Below, piece after piece: positions 27,413 to 36,040 of a stretch of DNA of 41,439 nucleotides. Within the stretch, counting starts at the first letter, position 1; each line of letters opens with the position of its first letter. The position numbers and the translations under genes are program-made. Source of the DNA: Spirochaetaceae bacterium (GTDB taxonomy: Bacteria; Spirochaetota; Spirochaetia; SZUA-6; Fen-1364); assembly GCA_003170115.1 (NCBI GenBank), contig PMZS01000372.1:1-41439 (forward strand). The letters run 5' to 3'. The notes under the pieces were generated by a model that was given only the letters and a program-made list of their open reading frames with translations, was not told the origin of the DNA and did no database searches.

Positions 27413-28246
27413 CTATCTCCGCCTGAGCAGGTTGATGGGCATGCTGAAAAACGTGTGCATGATCTTGGAGAATGGCAGGAGCACGAAGAACGACTCCGCC
27501 AGGAGCACGTGGATCACCGCGAAATGGTAATGCGATCCCGGCAGGACCGCGCGCGGGTCCGCAAATGTGAGGCGCGACAGGCCGTCGAAATACTTCGAGA
27601 AGGCCTGCTTCGTCATTACGAATCCGTTCGGGCTCCACGAGTTGCCCCAGCTCATCATGTCCCCGAAGAGGAACAGGAAGAGCAGAAGCAGGAGCAGAAG
27701 GTAGTCGGAAGGGACCGAGATCTCCCTGAGTGGGCTGCGCAGACGCCTGAGCAGGAAGAAAAGGAGCGGAAGAGTCACCGCGACCCCGACTGCGCCCGCG
27801 CCCAGCATGTGCCGGGACCCGGCCGGAAGCAGCCGGAGCTGAGGAATGATATCGAGGTGCCCGAGGATCAGAAGGATGAACGCCGCATGGTAGAGCATGA
27901 GAAACACCCAGAACACGGGGCGATGCCGCCGCACCTGCGGCATGGCGAAAGTGTCCCCGAGTGCGGCGAGGCCGGCGTTGCGGGCCGCCGGGTACAGCCG
28001 GAGGGGGTACGGAGGGGGCGCCGACCGCATTATGGTCACGACCCGCCACACGATCCCGACGAGGAGCGCCAGGATCGAGACGTACACGAGCGGCACCATG
28101 ATGATGTAGTCGATGTGATCGACGACGAGCGCAAACCCGGTATGCGCGACAGCCGACGATGCTGCCGAGGTGGCATCCGTTGTCGTGGCCGCGGCCGCGG
28201 CCGCGGAGGCCGCCGACACCGCATCCGCCCCTGCCTGGGCTGACAT
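27413..28246 (-). CDS. NarI/DsrM/HdrE-like integral membrane di-haem b-type subunit
   Basis: Five predicted TM helices. Conserved His in helix 2 (MLYHAAFILLILGH) and helix 5 (SHYHFAVIHVLL). ATG 28246 is preceded by GGGGAG. The N-terminus has an Ala/Thr/Ser-rich low-complexity segment. Confidence 0.75.
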   Translation of the reverse strand: MSAQAGADAVSAASAAAAAATTTDATSAASSAVAHTGFALVVDHIDYIIMVPLVYVSILALLVGIVWRVVTIMRSAPPPYPLRLYPAARNAGLAALGDTFAMPQVRRHRPVFWVFLMLYHAAFILLILGHLDIIPQLRLLPAGSRHMLGAGAVGVAVTLPLLFFLLRRLRSPLREISVPSDYLLLLLLLFLFLFGDMMSWGNSWSPNGFVMTKQAFSKYFDGLSRLTFADPRAVLPGSHYHFAVIHVLLAESFFVLLPFSKIMHTFFSMPINLLRRR

Positions 28247-28257
28247 GGGTTTCTCCC

Positions 28258-28497
28258 CTATTTCTGCCGTTTCACGTAGATTTTGATGAGGCCCGGCTCC
28301 TGCTTCGTCTCCACGATCGCGTGCCCCATGGTCTTTGCCCACGCGGGAAAGTCCGAAAGCGACCCCGGATCCGTGGTGTACACCTCGATCACTTCCCCGA
28401 TCGCCACCGTCCCGATCTGCTGGCTGATCTTCACGACGGGCATCGGGCAGGCCAGCCCCTTGTAGTCGAGGGTCTTCACAACAGCGTAGTCTGCCAT
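28258..28497 (-). CDS. tusA: TusA-family sulfur carrier protein
   Basis: MADYAVVKTLDYKGLACPMPVVKISQQI contains the diagnostic CP(M)P active-site cysteine motif. 79 aa. GGAGAAGGAG upstream of ATG 28497. Confidence 0.85.
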   Translation of the reverse strand: MADYAVVKTLDYKGLACPMPVVKISQQIGTVAIGEVIEVYTTDPGSLSDFPAWAKTMGHAIVETKQEPGLIKIYVKRQK

Positions 28498-28517
28498 GTC
28501 TCTCTCCTTCTCCCTGT

Positions 28518-29060
28518 CTAGATGAAGAACTGGATTGCGGATTCCTTGGCGTGCGCGAGCATGGTGGCCACCCCGCACACCTCCAGCCCGGGATAGTCGA
28601 TCAGCTCTTCCTTCTTGAACCCCATCAGGTCCATGGACATCTGGCAGGCGTAGATCTTTACCGCGAGTTGTGCCGCCACGTCGTACATCTCGTCGAGACC
28701 GGCCACGTTCTTTTTCTTCATCAGGCCCTTCATCATCGCGGTTCCCATGCCCGCCATGTGCATCTGCGAAAGCTTCAGCTTGTTGCGGCCTTTCGGCAGC
28801 ATCATTGCGAACATCTTCCCCATGAAGTTCTTCCCGCCCACCTTCTTCTGCGGCGCTCTCAAGGCCGGAGTCCCCCAGTAAGTGAAGAACATCACCACTT
28901 TCATCCCCATGGCCGCCGCCCCCGTGGCGATGATCATGGCCGCAAGGTGTTTGTCCAGGTCTCCCGACATCACGATCATGGTGAGCTTGTTCTCGGCCCC
29001 CGGCATGCCCTCCACTTTCAATTTGAGCTCCGCGATTGCTTTGTCGACATCGACGCTCAT
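28518..29060 (-). CDS. DsrE2-type DsrE/DsrF/DrsH-like family protein
   Basis: KLTMIVMSGDLDKHLAAMIIATGAAAMGMKVVMFFTYWG and the Met/Lys-rich insert plus YACQMSMD and EVCGVAT cysteines are typical of the DrsE_2 / DsrE2 group. Overlaps arsR by 4 nt. Confidence 0.8.
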   Translation of the reverse strand: MSVDVDKAIAELKLKVEGMPGAENKLTMIVMSGDLDKHLAAMIIATGAAAMGMKVVMFFTYWGTPALRAPQKKVGGKNFMGKMFAMMLPKGRNKLKLSQMHMAGMGTAMMKGLMKKKNVAGLDEMYDVAAQLAVKIYACQMSMDLMGFKKEELIDYPGLEVCGVATMLAHAKESAIQFFI

Positions 29061-29395
29061 CTTCTCTCTCCTTCCTTACGGATGCTTCGAGCGCCCGCGG
29101 TTTCCGCGTGGCATCCTTCGAGACAGGTGACCAGGTCGCGCAGGCGCGGCTGAGCGAGGCTGTACCGGGCGAATCCGGCTTTTCTCTCCGCGCCTACGAG
29201 ACCGCTCATGCGGAGGATCCGGAGCTGCTGGGACACGATGGCCTGCTGTATGTTGAGCCGCTTCGAAAGGCCGATGACGCTCTCATCCCCTTCGCACAGT
29301 GCGGCGACGATGCGCAGGCGTGCCGGATGGGCAAGCGCCTTGAGGATGTCCGCGAGATATGCTGCCCGCGGGCGCGCCTCTGCCAGGCTTCCCAT
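29057..29395 (-). CDS. ArsR/SmtB-family transcriptional regulator (Cys pattern reminiscent of persulfide sensors)
   Basis: ILKALAHPARLRIVAALCEGDESVIGLSKRLNIQQAIVSQQLRILRMSGLV is a winged-HTH of the ArsR type. Cys34 lies in helix alpha-2, with Cys91/Cys95 near the C-terminus. Confidence 0.85.
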   Translation of the reverse strand: MGSLAEARPRAAYLADILKALAHPARLRIVAALCEGDESVIGLSKRLNIQQAIVSQQLRILRMSGLVGAERKAGFARYSLAQPRLRDLVTCLEGCHAETAGARSIRKEGERR

Positions 29396-29423
29396 GATTG
29401 AACTCCGTCTCTAGAGGGTTGTA

Positions 29424-29446
29424 ACGATATTACTATATCACGATAT
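29424..29446 (-). promoter_or_regulatory. Candidate operator/promoter region of the arsR-dsrE2-tusA operon
   Basis: Direct repeat ACGATAT (29424-29430, 29440-29446) enclosing the inverted repeat GATAT-tact-ATATC (29426-29439). It lies 29-51 nt upstream of the arsR start. The AT-rich minus strand reads GTGATATAGTAATATCG, with -10-like hexamers. Confidence 0.35.
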
Positions 29447-29448
29447 GG

Positions 29449-29502
29449 GGAGGAATGCAAGCACTCTTGCAGGAAGCTCTTGCAGGAAGCGAGCATTCCT
29501 CC
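29449..29502. repeat. 10-bp inverted repeat enclosing a perfect 13-nt tandem duplication
   Basis: ggaggaatgc (29449-29458) / gcattcctcc (29493-29502) flank CTCTTGCAGGAAG CTCTTGCAGGAAG (29464-29476, 29477-29489). Located between the NagB-like stop and the arsR promoter region. Confidence 0.8.
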
Positions 29503-29535
29503 GAAGCGCCTGGTGGCGTCGGTCGTCGCCCGCTT

Positions 29536-30465
29536 TCAGTGCATCTCCGCATCGCACGTGCCAATGCCGCTGCTGAGGTAGTTGAACTGCACGTTCGGAT
29601 GATCGGCAAGAAGTGACATCGGGACCGAGGAGTCGGGGATCTTCCGTGAGATCATGAGCGCGGTGAGCCGGATCCCGAAGGGATTGTCGTGCCACCCCGG
29701 GTGCCAGATCGAAACCTTCTCCGTTTTCCAGGTTTCCAAGGGGCCCACCGACAACGCCTGGGAGGGCACCGCGGAGACCATGCCGCCGCCGGATGTGCGG
29801 GCGTTCTGGATGATCGTCATGGGATGCAGGTCCACAACGCGCGCGGAGAGCGAGCGGTATTCCGCGGGGCTCGGCGGCGCGTCACGGTACATCCCCTCGC
29901 GGCGGACAGGGTCATTGAACGCCCAATGTTTCACCTCGCCCTGGCCGCCCTGCATGATGAGGCACTTTGCCGCGCCGTAGGAGGCCGTGTACTCCTTGAT
30001 GTTGTCGGCACGCAGGAAGTGCAGGTTCTCATCCGGCATCCGCAGCTTCCTGTCGATCCTGTTGAAGCACATCTCCAGGTCAGCCCGTGCAAAACTCAAT
30101 GGGTGGGTGACAGGCACCTCTTTGCCTTCGACGTACCACTCGTCCATCGCCCAGAAGTGGCCATGGCTCACGTCGATGCCGAGGCCGTTTACGATTTGCG
30201 CCACGAGGGGCAGCTGCTCCGTAGGCCCGATGGGGCCGCAGATACCGGCCGGCGTGCCTGCCGTGGCCTGGCGCCAGGCCCAGACGTATTCCAGCGCTTC
30301 CGCGGTGAAGAAGGAGTCCCGTGTGTCGTAGAACTTCACGGTGAAACCGGGGCGCTGGAGCCCGAGAAGGTCCTCCGGCGTGAGGCGTGCCGCCTCCGCC
30401 AGGATCCTGGGGTCGAGGGTCGTGTAATCCCAGTATTCCTTTGCCACCTTGCTCATGTTGCGCAT
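29536..30465 (-). CDS. Glucosamine-6-phosphate deaminase/isomerase (NagB)-like protein
   Basis: [26 protein letters not shown] (compare GIGxxGHIAFNEP) and VPSQALSVG blocks. Longer than classical NagB. Start is ATG 30465 or 30456. Confidence 0.7.
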   Translation of the reverse strand: MRNMSKVAKEYWDYTTLDPRILAEAARLTPEDLLGLQRPGFTVKFYDTRDSFFTAEALEYVWAWRQATAGTPAGICGPIGPTEQLPLVAQIVNGLGIDVSHGHFWAMDEWYVEGKEVPVTHPLSFARADLEMCFNRIDRKLRMPDENLHFLRADNIKEYTASYGAAKCLIMQGGQGEVKHWAFNDPVRREGMYRDAPPSPAEYRSLSARVVDLHPMTIIQNARTSGGGMVSAVPSQALSVGPLETWKTEKVSIWHPGWHDNPFGIRLTALMISRKIPDSSVPMSLLADHPNVQFNYLSSGIGTCDAEMH

Positions 30466-30491
30466 TTCTGTCCCCCTTGTGCTTCCGTCAC

Positions 30492-31715
30492 CTATGCCGG
30501 ACCCAGCACCTCGGCAGCAGCCAGGATGCCGCAGCCCAGCGCCGAGCCGTCGATGCCGAGTCTCGAGACCCGAAGCTCGAGGTCTTTAAATATCCCTTTC
30601 ATGCAATGCGTGGCAAGCGCCCGGGCCACGCACTCTTCCATGGTCCTGTTCGTCCCGATGAGGCCTCCCCCCAGGATGAGGAGCGATGGATTGATGATGT
30701 TCACGGCGTTGGCAAGCGCGAGCCCCGCGAGGTTCCCCGCGGCGCGCAGGAGCTCCGTGGAGAAGACATCTCCCATGCTGGCGGCGATGGCGACATCCTG
30801 CGCGGTGACGCTCTCCGCCCTGCCGTGAGTGAGCCCCTTGAGCAGCCCCGATCGCCCCGCATGAATCCCCGCGGCGGCATCCCGCGCGATGGCCCGGCCC
30901 GATGCAACAGCCTCGAGACAGCCGTGATTGCCGCAGCTGCACAGCGGGCCATCGGGGGCGACGATGGTATGGCCGATCTCTCCCGACTTGTTTCCCGCTC
31001 CTCGCAGGAGAAGCCCGTTCACGATGATCGCCATCCCGATGCCGTAGCCCAGGTCCGTCAGCAGGAAATCCTCGCGGCCCCGTCCATCGCCGAGCCATTT
31101 CTCCGCCAGGGCGTACGCGCGCGAGGAGTCTTCCGCGTGTACGGGGCGGTTGAACTCTTTCTGGAAAATGTCGCGCAGGTGCACGTCCTGCCAGCCGGGG
31201 ATATTCTCCGCGACGATTGACGTTCCCGTCGCCGAATCGATGAACCCCGGCGCACAGATGCCGATGGCCCGCACGGGCGCGCTTGCCTGCTTCGACTCCA
31301 TGAGCTTCCTGCAGATTGTCTTCATCTGGTCCAGGATGATCTCCACGGCAAGTCCCGGGCGGATCTCGAAGAACACCCGGTCCAGCGAACGGCCGTTGAG
31401 ATCGGCAAGGATTCCGATTATGTGTGTCCCCCCGAGATCGATACCGATGAAGTTGCTGTGGCTTCCGTTGAGCGTGAGAAGCTCCTGCCTGCGCCCTGCA
31501 ATTGAGTCCCTGAACCCTGCCGAAGCGATGAGTGATTCCGCGAACAACTCTTCCACGAGGTTGGACACCGTCTTCTTGTCCAGGGAGAGCTCGGCCGCCA
31601 GATCACCCCTTGAGATTTCCCCCTTCTGGCGGATGAAGGTGAGCGCTTTCGGTCGCTTCTCTGCCACGCGGCCCATTTTTTGCATCGCAATCGTTATTAT
31701 AGAAGGTTTTCGCAT
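30492..31715 (-). CDS. ROK-family transcriptional regulator (N-terminal HTH + ROK sugar-kinase fold)
   Basis: [43 protein letters not shown], and the zinc motif [26 protein letters not shown]. The start is ambiguous (TTG 31724, ATG 31715, 31685 or 31676), with no clear SD. Confidence 0.85.
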   Translation of the reverse strand: MRKPSIITIAMQKMGRVAEKRPKALTFIRQKGEISRGDLAAELSLDKKTVSNLVEELFAESLIASAGFRDSIAGRRQELLTLNGSHSNFIGIDLGGTHIIGILADLNGRSLDRVFFEIRPGLAVEIILDQMKTICRKLMESKQASAPVRAIGICAPGFIDSATGTSIVAENIPGWQDVHLRDIFQKEFNRPVHAEDSSRAYALAEKWLGDGRGREDFLLTDLGYGIGMAIIVNGLLLRGAGNKSGEIGHTIVAPDGPLCSCGNHGCLEAVASGRAIARDAAAGIHAGRSGLLKGLTHGRAESVTAQDVAIAASMGDVFSTELLRAAGNLAGLALANAVNIINPSLLILGGGLIGTNRTMEECVARALATHCMKGIFKDLELRVSRLGIDGSALGCGILAAAEVLGPA

Positions 31716-31785
31716 TTCGATCAATTACCAGCAGAGGAGCCTGTTACCTCTGAAAGTTGGATATAATAGTCATTAAAATACATAC

Positions 31786-31814
31786 TTGACAATTAGACGG
31801 AATACATTTATGAA
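31786..31814 (+). promoter_or_regulatory. Candidate sigma-70 promoter for the aminotransferase gene
   Basis: TTGACA (31786-31791), 17 nt spacer, TATGAA (31809-31814), in a 149-nt AT-rich divergent region. AATTAG/CTAATTAG motifs nearby could be ROK operators. Confidence 0.3.
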
Positions 31815-31873
31815 AATGGGAATTAATAGACGTTGCACTTCTAATTAGTGGTGATAATATCAGGGAGACCAGC

Positions 31874-33205
31874 ATGAGCGAAAAACTGGCCATTGACGGC
31901 GGCAAGCCGCTTCTCACACGGAAAGATTTCAAAAACTGGCCTGTCATAGGCGCGGATGAGCGCCGGCTTGTGAACGAGGTGCTCGACCGCGGCATCGTCG
32001 CGGGCGGTACCGCGCCACAAGTGAAGGCCCTCGAAAAGGAATGGGCCGCGTACACCGGCTCGAAGCACTGCCTGACAACCTGCAGCGGCACCGCCGCCCT
32101 GCACATGGCGCTCGCCGCCGTCGGCGTGGGGCCCGGCGATGAGGTGATCACCTCCGCCTTCACATTCCTCGCATCGGCGTCCTGCGCCATCCACCAGAAC
32201 GCGATCCCGATCTTTGTCGACATCGACCCTCGCACCTGCTGCATGGATCCGGCAAAGCTGGAGGCCGCGATCACGCCCCGCACCAAGGCCATCATTCCCG
32301 TGCACATCCAGGGCTGTCCCGCGGACATGGATTCGATCCTCGCTATCGCAAAAAAGCACAAGCTCTTCGTCATCGAGGATGCCTGCCAGGCTCACGGCGC
32401 CCTGTACAAGGGAAGGAAGGTGGGGACCCTGGGCGACATCGGCACCTTCTCCCTGAACAACTTCAAGAATCTTTGCGGCGGGGAAGGGGGCTTGTTCATC
32501 ACGGACAAGGAAGAGTACCTGGACAAGGGCGTCCTCATTCGCTGTTTCGGGGACGAGGTTGACGAGGTGAGCAAGCGTCGCGTGTACAACGCCTCCATCC
32601 TCGGCTACATGTACCGAAACCAGGAGTTGCCCGCCGCCCTCACTCGTGCCCAGTTGCTCCACCTGGATGAATACAACCGCGTACGCATCGACAATGCCAA
32701 CTACCTCACGGCGGCCCTTGCGAAGATCCCCGGTGTCATCCCGCCCTTCTGCCCGCCGGAGGGGACGCACGTATACTTCATGTATAACGTGTGCTTTGAC
32801 CCGAAGAAGGCAGGGGTGAACGCGGAGCCGAGAAAGTTCCGCATTGCCGTGGAGAAGGCGCTTTACGCCGAGGGCATGCTCATCGGGCAGTGGCAGACCA
32901 TGCCGGTCCCCGCGCAGGACCTCTTTCAGAGCAAGCTTGGCTATGGCGGGACGGGGTTCCCCTGGTCCATCAATGAGGCCAAGGGCGTGCGCTACAACTA
33001 CGATCCGCGCCAGTTTCCCGTTTCGCTGGAGCTGTGCAACACCTACACCATTGTCCATGGCATTCACGCGCCCAACGGCCGCAGCCAGATGGACGGGATG
33101 ATCGCTGCTTTCACGAAGGTGTTTTCCAACCTCGATGCCGCGATGAAACATGTCGACGATCCGATCTATCCCGGCGCGGACGGCGCCCTCTATGGCGCGG
33201 GCTGA
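31874..33205 (+). CDS. DegT/DnrJ/EryC1/StrS-family PLP-dependent aminotransferase
   Basis: CSGTAALHMALAAVGVGPGDEVITSAFTF, IPVHIQGCPADMD, VIEDACQAHGA and the FSLNNFKNL lysine region. Confidence 0.9.
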   Translation: MSEKLAIDGGKPLLTRKDFKNWPVIGADERRLVNEVLDRGIVAGGTAPQVKALEKEWAAYTGSKHCLTTCSGTAALHMALAAVGVGPGDEVITSAFTFLASASCAIHQNAIPIFVDIDPRTCCMDPAKLEAAITPRTKAIIPVHIQGCPADMDSILAIAKKHKLFVIEDACQAHGALYKGRKVGTLGDIGTFSLNNFKNLCGGEGGLFITDKEEYLDKGVLIRCFGDEVDEVSKRRVYNASILGYMYRNQELPAALTRAQLLHLDEYNRVRIDNANYLTAALAKIPGVIPPFCPPEGTHVYFMYNVCFDPKKAGVNAEPRKFRIAVEKALYAEGMLIGQWQTMPVPAQDLFQSKLGYGGTGFPWSINEAKGVRYNYDPRQFPVSLELCNTYTIVHGIHAPNGRSQMDGMIAAFTKVFSNLDAAMKHVDDPIYPGADGALYGAG

Positions 33206-33209
33206 GGCA

Positions 33210-33380
33210 ATGAAAAGCAGGGAGCTGTTCGGCAAGAAACTTCTCGACATCCAGGAGCGCGAGAGGCAGATCGGGACGCCGGATGAGGAGCAGGTGCTGG
33301 TGAAGGTGCGTGCCTGCGGCGTGTGCGGGACGGACGTGAACTTCGTGTACGGCGGCACGGGACTGTCGGGGCACTATTCC
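33210..33380 (+). pseudogene. N-terminal fragment of a zinc-dependent (MDR) alcohol/polyol dehydrogenase
   Basis: MKSRELFGKKLLDIQERERQIGTPDEEQVLVKVRACGVCGTDVNFVYGG matches the GroES-like N-terminus including the CGxCGTD zinc motif. The remainder of ORF 33150..33626 has no GHE motif or Rossmann fold. Confidence 0.4.
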
Positions 33381-33585
33381 TTCTGGGACCCGCACCTCGC
33401 CCGGGAATACGGGATGAGCCACGAGGAGTGGCGGAAGGCGAATCCTCGCCTTATCTCCTTCCGCCCCATCTCCACCGTGCAGATGGCCATCACGGACATG
33501 AGCGGCGCGCTGCCCTTCGTTCCGCCCAAGGCGTACACCACCGCCTCCACGACGACAATGAACGCGGACTTCCGATCATTGTGGA

Positions 33586-34439
33586 ATGACGGCCGCGGGC
33601 TTCCTCGCCTTGAAGTGCCTTCATGAGCTTGGCATCGAGCTCCGAGGCGACGTGTACGCGGAAAGCGTCGTCGATGAGGAAAACGGCGGCGTAAACGGGA
33701 CCTTGGCTGCTCGCCTGCGCAACCCGGACATCGATTTTGCCTTGCTCGCGGAGAACAGCGGGCTTGCGGTCGGCGTGGAGACAATCGGCGGGAGCGACTG
33801 GAAGGCAACAGTGATGGAGGCAGGTTCCGGCGGAATCGGGGCTGGAATCGGCCAGGCGAACCCGATCTACACTCTTTCGAAGATCGCTCTCGCCCTGGAG
33901 AAGTACGACAAGCACCTCGCAGGGATAGCGCCTCCGCCGGCATATCCAAATGACATGCGCATCCGGCTTCTTACCTATCAGCTTGCCAGCGGCGGATCAA
34001 CCTACGCTGATTCAGGCGGCGTCCCGACCACGGGGCATCTCATCTTCTGGCAGGAGGTTTTCGCGGACACAACCGAGGAGGCGGGGCGGAAGGAGCTTCT
34101 GGATTTCATCGAGCGGCAGCTCAACGTCGATGGCGGAATTGCAGGAGCCAGGCCGAGGATAGAAACGACGATCCGGTTTCTCGAAGGGCATCGGACCGCA
34201 CCGCGGCATCCCGCCCTTGCTTCGATCGCCAGGGCATATGGAAGGCTCGGACTTCCCTGTGAGAGGCGCGGGATTCCTTTCGCCACGGATGCCTATGCCT
34301 TCAGGAAGGCGTCGAAAACGGACGTGGCGGTGATCCCACGGGGTACAACCCGCACGGGATCGACGAGTGTGTTGAGGTGGAGAGCATCTTCTCCCTGATC
34401 AGGATCATGGTGATGTCGGCGATCGAGCACTGCGGCTGA
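33586..34439 (+). pseudogene. M20-family (ArgE/DapE/ACY1-like) metallopeptidase/deacylase, N-terminus unrecognisable and C-terminus frameshifted
   Basis: LKCLHELGIELRGDVYAESVVDEENGGVNGTLAARL, LLAENSGLAVGVETIGG and GIPFATDAYAF blocks. The frame changes at about 34336-34340 (..DVAVIP / HGYNPHGIDECVEVESIFSLIRIMVMSAIEHCG-stop at 34437-34439). The first ~100 residues, including the metal-ligand region, were not found in any frame. Confidence 0.65.
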
Positions 34440-34453
34440 GCACGGCCGCCGTT

Positions 34454-35968
34454 TCAGCTGTCTCGAGCGCCCGCGAGCGCCTGTTCCGCATGATCAAGCA
34501 CCTCGAGGGCCGATGGAGAGCCAAGGAGGAGGCCGCTGAAATCAAGCCTCGCCTCGATTGCGGTCTTGACGGCGGCGCCCCGCGAGGCATCGCCGAAAAG
34601 GATCGCGCCGACAAGGACTCCGTCCTGGAACACGAAGTGCAGGTAGTGATCGTCAGTCTGCTCGTCGACCACGACGAAGCTTCCATCCGCTGGTTCGAAT
34701 GTCCCGATGCTCATGAGATCCAGCCCGAGGACCTTGAGGGTGTTTGACCGCGGCTGTCCGCCGTAGACGGTCGCAATGCCCGCGGCGTTCATCCCGGCGA
34801 TGGCCCCCTGGTACTGAGACGCTGCCCACGTACCGTAGAGCACCCCGTTGTGCTCCGCGACGTCACCGGCCGCGAATACCCCGGCCGCGGAGGTCATCAG
34901 GTGGTTGTTGACCACGATGCCCTGGTTGACATCGAGCCCGGCCCGGCGCGCGAGGTGCGTGTTCGGACGCACTCCTGCCGCCAGAATCACGAGCAGGGCA
35001 GCAATGACGCGGCCATCGTCGAGGACGACCTTCTCTGCGTGGACGGATCCTGCAATCTCCCTGCTCTTGGCGCTGTTCACGACACGAATCCCCATGCCGG
35101 CGACGTGCCGCTCCAGGAGCTCGCCCGCCGTGCGGTCGAGCTGCCGAGGCATGAGCCACTCGTGTCCTTCCAGGACCGTGACGTCGGCCCCGCGCCGGGC
35201 CAGTGCGCCGGCCGTCTCCAGGCCGAGCACGCCGCCGCCAATGATACACACGGGATCACCCCGCAGAGCGCTGGCAAGGATGCGATCCGCATCCTGCGTC
35301 GTGCGGAGTGTGATGACTCCCTCGGCATCGGCACCCTGGATCGGAGGAGTGAAGGGATGGGCCCCCATGGCGAGCACCAGTCGGTCGAAAGGGAGGTCGA
35401 CATGTCCTTCCACGACCACGCGCCGGTTGGCAAGCTCGAGGGCCGGTGAATGGGCACCGGCCAGCAGCTGGATGCGATGCTCCGCATACCACTCGACAGG
35501 GTGGATCGGCAGCGCCTCCGTTTGGATTTCCCCGGCGAGGTATCGGGTGAGATTCAGCCGGTAGTAGGGCGGAGGAGCTTCATTCGCGATCAGTGTGACC
35601 TCCGCCTGGGGAGAGGCGTTTCGGATTGCCTCGGCTGCCGACACACCGGCGATTCCGGCCCCCACCACGACGGCCTTGAACGGCCCGCCCGTACCGGCGC
35701 CCGGCATGCTGACAGCGGCGATCGGCTCGAATTGCTCGGCCCGCACCTGGCAGACGGGGCACAGTTCCGGCGGACGCGCTCCGGCGTGCACGAAGTTGCA
35801 GTTGAGGCAGCGCCACTGCCGGGTCTCGGCCTGCGGGGTTGCCGCCGACTCGGTGAATGCATGAAACTCCGCGGCAGGGGCGCCGCACACGGGACAACTG
35901 TCCGGGGGCGTCGGCCCTCGATGGACGTATCCACAGTTATCGCACCGCCATGCTCCAGATTCCGTCAT
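34454..35968 (-). CDS. Tandem rubredoxin-type domains fused to an FAD/NAD(P)H pyridine-nucleotide-disulfide-family oxidoreductase
   Basis: WRCDNCGYVH...CPVCGAP and WRCLNCNFVH...CPVCQV motifs, then VVVGAGIAGVSAAEA (FAD), CIIGGGVLGLETAGAL (NAD), and VFAAGDVAE. Confidence 0.85.
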   Translation of the reverse strand: MTESGAWRCDNCGYVHRGPTPPDSCPVCGAPAAEFHAFTESAATPQAETRQWRCLNCNFVHAGARPPELCPVCQVRAEQFEPIAAVSMPGAGTGGPFKAVVVGAGIAGVSAAEAIRNASPQAEVTLIANEAPPPYYRLNLTRYLAGEIQTEALPIHPVEWYAEHRIQLLAGAHSPALELANRRVVVEGHVDLPFDRLVLAMGAHPFTPPIQGADAEGVITLRTTQDADRILASALRGDPVCIIGGGVLGLETAGALARRGADVTVLEGHEWLMPRQLDRTAGELLERHVAGMGIRVVNSAKSREIAGSVHAEKVVLDDGRVIAALLVILAAGVRPNTHLARRAGLDVNQGIVVNNHLMTSAAGVFAAGDVAEHNGVLYGTWAASQYQGAIAGMNAAGIATVYGGQPRSNTLKVLGLDLMSIGTFEPADGSFVVVDEQTDDHYLHFVFQDGVLVGAILFGDASRGAAVKTAIEARLDFSGLLLGSPSALEVLDHAEQALAGARDS

Positions 35969-36040
35969 GGGATCCTGCCTTTCGAAAAGGGGCTCTCGCC
36001 TGCAATTATCAACTATTGATGTGATCTGTCCACCTGGAGT

